From a virus (lineage: Duplodnaviria > Heunggongvirae > Uroviricota > Caudoviricetes): DNA of 64,000 nt. Below the pieces are notes generated by a model. The model made no database searches, had not been told where the DNA came from, and worked only from the letters and a program-made list of their open reading frames with translations. Below, piece after piece: positions 57,772-64,000 of this stretch. How positions within the stretch are numbered: the stretch's first letter is position 1; every line of letters begins with the position of its first letter. The DNA is taken from the IMG/VR virus record IMGVR_UViG_3300033077_000655. One strand, 5' to 3'. The translations under genes were made by a program, and so were the position numbers.

Positions 57772-58430
57772 AAATTATTTTGCAAAATTGTTATGCAGAC
57801 AATTATCTTTCTCTAGGAAATTTAACTTGGCACAAAAATAAAGTTGCATATGCAGCTAAACATGGATACGACACTAGATTAAACATCTACCAGAATGAAG
57901 CTGATACCCCACATCCACTATCATTTTATGGATTTAAAAAGATATATCATCTACAGAAAATTTTCATTGAGGACAATCCCGATTGGGTTTGGGTAACAGG
58001 TTGTGATTCTTTAATCACAAACTTTAATATAAAATTAGAATCAATCATTGATGAAAATTTTCATTTCATTATTGCAAAAGATGTGAATGGAATTAACATG
58101 GATAGTTTTCTAGTTAAAAATTCTCATGAGGGTAGATCTTTCATAGACCTCATTGCGTCAAGCTATGAAAAATATAAAGATCATTCTTTAGCCGAGCAAG
58201 GATGTGTGATTGATAATCTAAAAGAATTTAACAATATTATAAAAATAGTTCATCAAAAAACTTTTAATTCATATAATTATGAAATTATGTATAATCAAGG
58301 AATTATTCACCATCCTCCTCCATGGGAAGGGATGTGGGAACATGGGGATTTATTAATTCATTGGCCTGCAATGCAATTGTATAGAAGATTGCAATTGGCT
58401 GAAGAATATTCTCAACACGTCATATTATGA
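57768..58430 (+). CDS. hypothetical protein
   Basis: ORF with ATGA overlap. Confidence 0.4.
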   Translation: MKIILQNCYADNYLSLGNLTWHKNKVAYAAKHGYDTRLNIYQNEADTPHPLSFYGFKKIYHLQKIFIEDNPDWVWVTGCDSLITNFNIKLESIIDENFHFIIAKDVNGINMDSFLVKNSHEGRSFIDLIASSYEKYKDHSLAEQGCVIDNLKEFNNIIKIVHQKTFNSYNYEIMYNQGIIHHPPPWEGMWEHGDLLIHWPAMQLYRRLQLAEEYSQHVIL

Positions 58431-59251
58431 AAATCTTTATCACAGGATCAACTGGATTTATAGGCCTAAACTTAATTAGATTCTACAAAAAAACAAACAA
58501 TATCACTGAGTACAAACGTGGCGAATGTCTTTCGACTGCATTAAATAATTGTTGTCCAGATTTAATTTTTCATTGTGCAGGTGAGATTTATAAAGATGAT
58601 CTTATGATATCAACTAACGTCCTTATGACTAAAGATATTCTTGAGTACGTTAAATTAAATCCAAAAACTAAACTGATATACACAGGGTCAAGCAGTGAAT
58701 ATGGCAAAGTTCCTAGAGCAAGTGTAGAAACTGATAGGATAAATCCTGTAGATATGTATCAAGCAACCAAAGGCGCTGCTACACTATTGTGTCAAGGTTA
58801 TGCCAGACATTATGAGTTAGACATAAAGATTGCAAGACCATATAGTGTATACGGAAGATTTGAAAGAAATCACAGGCTATTTCCTACTATGTGGAGATCA
58901 TTTTTTAAAGATGAGCCGATGACACTTTGGCAAGGATATCATGATTTTATTTACATAGATGACTTTATTCGCGGCTTAGATATTATTGCTACCTCTGGAA
59001 AGAATCCTGGTGATATCATTAATTTAGGTTCAGGAATACAATCACCCAACTTTGGCGAAAACGGTGTCTATGATATCTTTAAAGAGTTGACCAATCGTCG
59101 AGGCAATGTTAAAATAATACACCATCTAAGTAAGAATTTTGAATCGGAAGTATGGCAATGCGATACTGCATATTCCAAAAGTGCATATGCGTTTGAAGCA
59201 GAATACACATTGAGAGATGGCATCAAAGAATTTTTAGAATACACAAAATAA
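58427..59251 (+). CDS. NAD-dependent epimerase/dehydratase (SDR family)
   Basis: MKIFITGSTGFIGLNL (GxxGxxG) and YQATK (YxxxK). Confidence 0.7.
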   Translation: MKIFITGSTGFIGLNLIRFYKKTNNITEYKRGECLSTALNNCCPDLIFHCAGEIYKDDLMISTNVLMTKDILEYVKLNPKTKLIYTGSSSEYGKVPRASVETDRINPVDMYQATKGAATLLCQGYARHYELDIKIARPYSVYGRFERNHRLFPTMWRSFFKDEPMTLWQGYHDFIYIDDFIRGLDIIATSGKNPGDIINLGSGIQSPNFGENGVYDIFKELTNRRGNVKIIHHLSKNFESEVWQCDTAYSKSAYAFEAEYTLRDGIKEFLEYTK

Positions 59252-59261
59252 GGAAAATAAC

Positions 59262-59834
59262 ATGACAAAATTTGGACAAAACGAAGCAGTGAAAATTGAT
59301 TGGGCACATGCAGGCCTCTTAGAGGGACTGGTATCATCTAGTAAACCTAAAAAAATTCTAGAACTCGGAGTTGGCGGTGGACGTAGTTTAGAAAGTATTC
59401 TGAAAGGGATAGAATACAATAGTCAACCTTATGAATATACATTAGTTGATAATTGGGGAGACTGGGGAGGTGTTATGCCGCCCGAGGTAACAGAGTTATA
59501 TCAAGAGAAAGTCCATAATATAATTACAAGCGACGAAAAAGATTTTGTGTTTTCTTGTCAAGAAAAATTTGATTTTATTATGAGCGATGCTGATCACTAT
59601 CGAGCAGATCAGTGGTTTGAATACGTATACAATAACTTATTAAACGATAATGGTATATTGATTTATCACGACGTGAATATGGATGACCATTGGCATGCTG
59701 GTAATTTCTTCAATTTAAGAAATATATACAAAGCTGTTAAAACTAAAAAAATTAGTCATCGGTTGTTTAATGTAAGCTCTTTACCAGAAGAACAATGCGA
59801 ACGCGGACTGTTAGTTATTTTTAAGAATAGCTGA
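59262..59834 (+). CDS. class I SAM methyltransferase (O-methyltransferase-like)
   Basis: ILELGVGGGRSL motif I; DADH. Confidence 0.5.
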   Translation: MTKFGQNEAVKIDWAHAGLLEGLVSSSKPKKILELGVGGGRSLESILKGIEYNSQPYEYTLVDNWGDWGGVMPPEVTELYQEKVHNIITSDEKDFVFSCQEKFDFIMSDADHYRADQWFEYVYNNLLNDNGILIYHDVNMDDHWHAGNFFNLRNIYKAVKTKKISHRLFNVSSLPEEQCERGLLVIFKNS

Positions 59835-59875
59835 TATGAGAAAAGTTTGTTCTTTAATGAAACAATAATGAAAGA

Positions 59876-60490
59876 TTGATCATGCATCAAATTGAAAAAA
59901 GAATCGTAGATATTACATATCAAGAGAAGTTATGTCATCTAAGTAGTTGTCTTAGTGCCTGGCCTATAATTCATGAAATTTACAATATCAAAAAAGACGA
60001 TGAAGTATTCATCCTTAGCAATGGTCATGCTGGTCTAGCACTATATTGTGAACTTGAATTTAGATATGGAATTGATCCTGTTATGCTTCTTCATAAGCAT
60101 GGAATTCACCCAGGAAAAGATTTAGAGAACAAACTATATTGCTCTACAGGAAGTTTAGGGTCCGGCCTTCCAATTGCGGTAGGCCATGCATTGGCTAATA
60201 AAGATAAATCCGTTTACTGTATAATTAGTGATGGCGAATGCGCCGAAGGCAGTATTTGGGAATCTCTTGCATTTATTAACAAACAAAAACTTAATAATAT
60301 TCATGTTTATGCAAATATCAATGGTATGGGTGCATATGAGTACATTGACGTTGAGAATCTGTCAGATAGACTTCGAGCGTTCTTGCCCACAATTACTTTA
60401 AGAATAAGTGTGCCAATTGATTTGGGATTCACAAAAGGTCTTGAATCTCATTACCACATAATTAAACCTGAAGAGTACAATACATTATGA
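59876..60490 (+). CDS. transketolase N-terminal (TPP-binding) subunit
   Basis: LSNGHAGLALY, GSLGSGLPIAVGHALA and ISDGECAEGS motifs. Confidence 0.7.
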   Translation: MIMHQIEKRIVDITYQEKLCHLSSCLSAWPIIHEIYNIKKDDEVFILSNGHAGLALYCELEFRYGIDPVMLLHKHGIHPGKDLENKLYCSTGSLGSGLPIAVGHALANKDKSVYCIISDGECAEGSIWESLAFINKQKLNNIHVYANINGMGAYEYIDVENLSDRLRAFLPTITLRISVPIDLGFTKGLESHYHIIKPEEYNTL

Positions 60491-60972
60491 GAAAAACATG
60501 CATGAATCTTCTGTCGCAAAAGATGACAGAAAACAAAGATGTGATTTTGCTTACCGCAGATTTAGGTTTTGGATTGCTAGACGTAGTGCGTGATGCACAT
60601 CCAGACAGATTCTATAATGTTGGTGCAGCAGAACAATTACTAATTGGTGCTGGTGTAGGACTTGCCGAACAAGGCAAGATTCCTGTTTGTTATAGCATGA
60701 GTAGTTTTGTTTTATATCGTCCATTTGAATTCTTACGCAACTATCTTAATGCAGAAAACATTCCAGTTAAACTTATTGGAAGTGGAAGAGATAAAGATTA
60801 CTCGCATGATGGACTATCACATTGGGCACATGATGCAGATGAAGTTCTGGCATGTTTACCAAACATTAAAATATACAAGCCACAATCTTTAGTAGAGTTA
60901 ACAGATCAATTTGACGACTTTATAAACAATAAAAGTCCATCGTTTCTAAGCCTAACTAGAAAAGTTTTTTAA
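60487..60972 (+). CDS. transketolase C-terminal (pyrimidine-binding) subunit
   Basis: GAGVGLAEQGKIPV...HDGLSHWAHDADEVLACLPNIKIYKP. Confidence 0.65.
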   Translation: MRKTCMNLLSQKMTENKDVILLTADLGFGLLDVVRDAHPDRFYNVGAAEQLLIGAGVGLAEQGKIPVCYSMSSFVLYRPFEFLRNYLNAENIPVKLIGSGRDKDYSHDGLSHWAHDADEVLACLPNIKIYKPQSLVELTDQFDDFINNKSPSFLSLTRKVF

Positions 60973-60978
60973 GAATCC

Positions 60979-61368
60979 ATGGAAAAACTATCAATTAAAA
61001 TTCCAGTCTCTCTTGGTGAACTTGTCGATAAAATCACTATTCTCAGAATCAAGCAAGCGTGTATGACCGACGCAGAAAAACTTTTCAATGTAACGCATGA
61101 GTATAATATGCTTGTTGCTATTCCAGAATACGTAGCAGTCAAAGACACAATCGCAGAACATGAAGAAGCTTTGCATAAAGTAAATCAGCGTCTTTGGTTT
61201 TACGAAGACGACATTCGAGACTTTGATAAGATGCAAAGCCCAAACACCACTTCATACATGCAAGTCGCAAGAGGCATTCATATCACAAATGATGAACGAA
61301 GCAGAATCAAAAAAGCAATCAACATTATGTGTAATTCAGAACTGGTTGAAGAAAAATCTTATGAGTAA
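60979..61368 (+). CDS. hypothetical protein
   Basis: ORF. Confidence 0.35.
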   Translation: MEKLSIKIPVSLGELVDKITILRIKQACMTDAEKLFNVTHEYNMLVAIPEYVAVKDTIAEHEEALHKVNQRLWFYEDDIRDFDKMQSPNTTSYMQVARGIHITNDERSRIKKAINIMCNSELVEEKSYE

Positions 61369-61418
61369 TGTCGACATATTATAAATATATGTAACATAAA
61401 TTAATACAAGGATTTAAA

Positions 61419-61988
61419 ATGACTTCACCCATACTTTTTACTGATCATATATTGGCATTTTTTAAAAATAATTTGCTCAATCTCAATTCAAACTATTTAG
61501 AGATTGGAGTTTACTTTGGCATAAGCATATCAGAATTGGCTAATGAATTCCCAAACAAGAAAATTTTTGCCATTGATCCTTTCATTGAAGATGGAAATAC
61601 ATCTTGGCACAGCGGGATCACACATACTGAACAATTGAACACACAACGTACACATGCCCTTAAATTAGCCGAATCTAAAACTAATCTTAAACTTTTTGAG
61701 ATGACCAGCCAAGAATTTTATAATACCTTGACTGAAGAACAAATTCAACTGATGAATGTAGGCGCTGTCTTTATTGACGGAGACCATCATTATGAACATG
61801 CTACCATTGATTACAAATTGGCTTTGGCATTAATTGGTAAAAAGCAAGGTCTTATTGTATTTGATGATGATAACATAGATTCCGTTAGAAGAGCTATGGA
61901 TGAGTTTGAACTAGCAGCTCGAGATATAATTACAGAAAAGATTCCCCTTCCTAGAACTTCTACTGCTTATAGATTAAACTCACTCTAA
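61419..61988 (+). CDS. class I SAM methyltransferase-like (CmcI/O-MT family 3-like)
   Basis: LEIGVYFGISI...IFAIDPF...FIDGDHHYEH. Confidence 0.5.
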   Translation: MTSPILFTDHILAFFKNNLLNLNSNYLEIGVYFGISISELANEFPNKKIFAIDPFIEDGNTSWHSGITHTEQLNTQRTHALKLAESKTNLKLFEMTSQEFYNTLTEEQIQLMNVGAVFIDGDHHYEHATIDYKLALALIGKKQGLIVFDDDNIDSVRRAMDEFELAARDIITEKIPLPRTSTAYRLNSL

Positions 61989-62085
61989 ACTTCCTATCTA
62001 TGGTGTGTGTTCAGATTATATAGAAACTATATTGTCTAAATAAATATATGAATAGTCGTAATCCCTTCAAAACAAAGGAATCCAA

Positions 62086-62366
62086 GACTCGGGGGCAGTG
62101 CCCGAATGGTCCACCAGAAGCATAATCGATTGGCTCAGAGCCAGTTGAGACATAAGAAACATGATTGTGCTTTTGATGGGCCATACACAGGATCGATTGG
62201 GTTAGATAGTGGCGACGGCGACTCGGTAGGCGATGACCGTTAATCAAGCGAAACCTATAAATGCCAACGACAGCGTTTATTCCTTAGCTGCCTAAACTCA
62301 GCTTAGGGTAGTTATACCTCGTAACAGAAAATAACAGAAGCCCGCTTCGGCGGGCTTTCTTTTGAC
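62086..62366 (+). ncRNA. ssrA: candidate tmRNA (ssrA)-like RNA with tag reading frame ANDSVYSLAA-stop; architecture unresolved
   Basis: Sits in a 380-bp non-coding gap. GCC AAC GAC AGC GTT TAT TCC TTA GCT GCC TAA at 62263-62295, preceded by CTATAAAT. Upstream ...GGTCCACCA at 62112-62120. Ends in a strong terminator. Confidence 0.5.
62338..62364 (+). terminator. intrinsic terminator
   Basis: AAGCCCGC-TTCG-GCGGGCTT followed by TCTTTTG. Confidence 0.8.
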
Positions 62367-62393
62367 TGTTATTTTTGATCACTATATACTAGC

Positions 62394-62636
62394 ATGGGTA
62401 AGCAAACTGAATACTTTGAACGCATTGGATATCAACCCAAATACTGGATTGGTGATCGAGTGTTCGGACACTGGAACAAGATACCATTTGTTGGCACTGT
62501 GGGCAACGACACAGTGATTGACAACACCGGGCCCAGGATCTCAATACACTTGGATCTTCCAATCAAACATGAAAACAAAATACACAACATCATCATAGTC
62601 AAGCATAAGGATATTACCAAATTGAAAGAGTTTTGA
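62394..62636 (+). CDS. hypothetical protein
   Basis: ORF after the terminator. Confidence 0.35.
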   Translation: MGKQTEYFERIGYQPKYWIGDRVFGHWNKIPFVGTVGNDTVIDNTGPRISIHLDLPIKHENKIHNIIIVKHKDITKLKEF

Positions 62637-62694
62637 CTTGACTTTGACCACATGATGCTGTATACTGTATAAATCATCAACACCGGAGAATAAC

Positions 62695-62928
62695 ATGGCA
62701 AGAATCACTAGTCAAGACGCAGCAGCAATGATTGGCAACCGTTACGAATTGGTGCTAATTGCATCACGTCGTGCTCGAGAACTATCCCGCGGGGACATGC
62801 CAAAAGTAACCAAAGTTTCTGGACATTTGGTCACTGCTTTGCGTGAAATTGAACAGGGCTTTGTGGATCGTAGTTGGCTGTACAAACCACAAGATGTGGT
62901 GTCAAAAAGCCATCACAGGAAATATTGA
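62695..62928 (+). CDS. rpoZ: RNA polymerase omega subunit (RpoZ) homologue
   Basis: MARITSQDAAAMIGNRYELVLIASRRARELS aligns with E. coli omega [31 protein letters not shown]; RBS ggagaataac-ATG. Confidence 0.7.
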   Translation: MARITSQDAAAMIGNRYELVLIASRRARELSRGDMPKVTKVSGHLVTALREIEQGFVDRSWLYKPQDVVSKSHHRKY

Positions 62929-62964
62929 TAAAGCGTGTGCTCATGAAAAAGGATAAATATCTGC

Positions 62965-64000
62965 ATGAGCACTAATCAATTCCGCCGGTACCTTGACCTC
63001 TTGAATGAGGCAGATCTAGTACCACCCAACACCAATGTGGCACTCCCGAGTTCGGGCACATTCAGCAATGATGATGCCATTGCCAACTTGAATCAGCAAA
63101 TGTCCGGAGGCACAGTGCCGCGCTGTGCAGTTTGTGGCACACCACAAAGTAAACATCAGCAGTTAAAACACCAGTTTGTGGCCGGTGGTGCAGCAGATCG
63201 ACCTGATCCAGTGCCGCAACCACAAACAGCAGGTGGTAGCGACGTTGGTCGTATCCGACAACTACAAGCAGAGCTCAAAGCTGCTGGTGCAAATTTAGGT
63301 GCAACAGGGCCAAATCATGATGGTATAGATGGTGACATAGGTCCGTTGACCCGTGCTGCCATGACTCAGTATCCAAACATTTCTGCCAAATATAAAGATC
63401 TTGGTGTTGAGCAAGGAGCCGCACCCGCAGGGACAACTGGTAATATTGCACAATTAAATACTGCACTTACTGCCATTGAAGGCATACTGGCCAAGTACAA
63501 AGTCAAACTCAGTGAAGGCCGCGAATACTCAACTCCTGCAAGTCAGATGAAACAGTGGAGTTTACTGTTGGAGGCAGGGCCAACTGCCCAACAACGTCAA
63601 GAGTATCTGGATGCTATACAACGTAATCAACTTCCAGATCCTGTAACACCCGCAGCTCAGCCAACAGCACAAAGGACAATGCCACGCTTGTCAGGAGCCA
63701 ATCCGACACCAGCGCAGCAAGCAGTACAAAGAGCAGGAATAGGGATGCCAAGGTTGGCAGGGGCTGGGCCTTATGCCGGACCGGCTGCTGCTGCTGCCAA
63801 AACAGGTGCATCAAAAGTTGCAGCTGGTGTAGCAGGTAAAACCCTAGGCAGACTAGTACCCGGAGTTGGACTGGCGTTAAGTGGGTATGATGCCATTGAT
63901 CGAACTAAACAAGGCGACTATGTAGGTGCTGGTATTTCTGGACTAGCTGGTATAGCTTCTTTGTTTCCAGGTCTGGGCACATGGATTTCAGCAGGCCTGT
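62965..64000 (+). CDS. peptidoglycan-binding-domain protein (structural or lysis-associated), partial at window end
   Basis: DGDIGPLTRAAM (PG_binding_1-like); Ala/Gly/Pro-rich C-terminal region. The ORF runs off the window. Confidence 0.5.
   Translation, partial: MSTNQFRRYLDLLNEADLVPPNTNVALPSSGTFSNDDAIANLNQQMSGGTVPRCAVCGTPQSKHQQLKHQFVAGGAADRPDPVPQPQTAGGSDVGRIRQLQAELKAAGANLGATGPNHDGIDGDIGPLTRAAMTQYPNISAKYKDLGVEQGAAPAGTTGNIAQLNTALTAIEGILAKYKVKLSEGREYSTPASQMKQWSLLLEAGPTAQQRQEYLDAIQRNQLPDPVTPAAQPTAQRTMPRLSGANPTPAQQAVQRAGIGMPRLAGAGPYAGPAAAAAKTGASKVAAGVAGKTLGRLVPGVGLALSGYDAIDRTKQGDYVGAGISGLAGIASLFPGLGTWISAGL

Noticed and set aside
1-64000. CRISPR arrays, integrases or transposases, and rRNA genes.
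   Set aside because: No regularly spaced direct repeats with unique spacers, no integrase, recombinase or transposase motifs, and no rRNA-like sequence were seen. The only notable repeats are the 65-bp promoter duplication and the tRNA/rSAM duplication.

Overview
This window is a gene-dense, almost entirely plus-strand stretch of a large lytic dsDNA phage genome of T4-like or jumbo style. Genes are tightly packed and many are linked by overlapping stop/start codons (ATGA, TAATG), so operons are likely. It contains: a family-B DNA polymerase; a 5'-3' exonuclease/RNase H; MazG; an RnlA-like RNA ligase plus a second RNA ligase; and HNH, GIY-YIG and PD-(D/E)XK-like nucleases. A 7-deazaguanine pathway module (DpdA-like TGT, FolE, QueD, QueE) sits among glycosyltransferase-like proteins, sugar-nucleotide enzymes, a B12-binding radical-SAM protein and a SAM methyltransferase. 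A tRNA array at 42.7-55.4 kb holds 37 tRNA-like genes plus one degenerate copy, with anticodons for all 20 amino acids. It is interleaved with HNH genes, two paralogous B12-binding radical-SAM genes and several non-canonical tRNA-like RNAs. A second sugar-modification cluster carries a C-methyltransferase, an epimerase, methyltransferases and a split transketolase. Also present are a TctA/TctC-like transporter pair, a SpoT/Mesh1-like HD hydrolase, a candidate tmRNA encoding the tag ANDSVYSLAA, and an RNA polymerase omega (rpoZ) homologue. Many near-consensus sigma70-type promoters (TTGACC/TTGACA-N17-TATAAT) and a few intrinsic terminators are visible. All calls come from manual reading of the sequence and the ORF translations; no searches were run.
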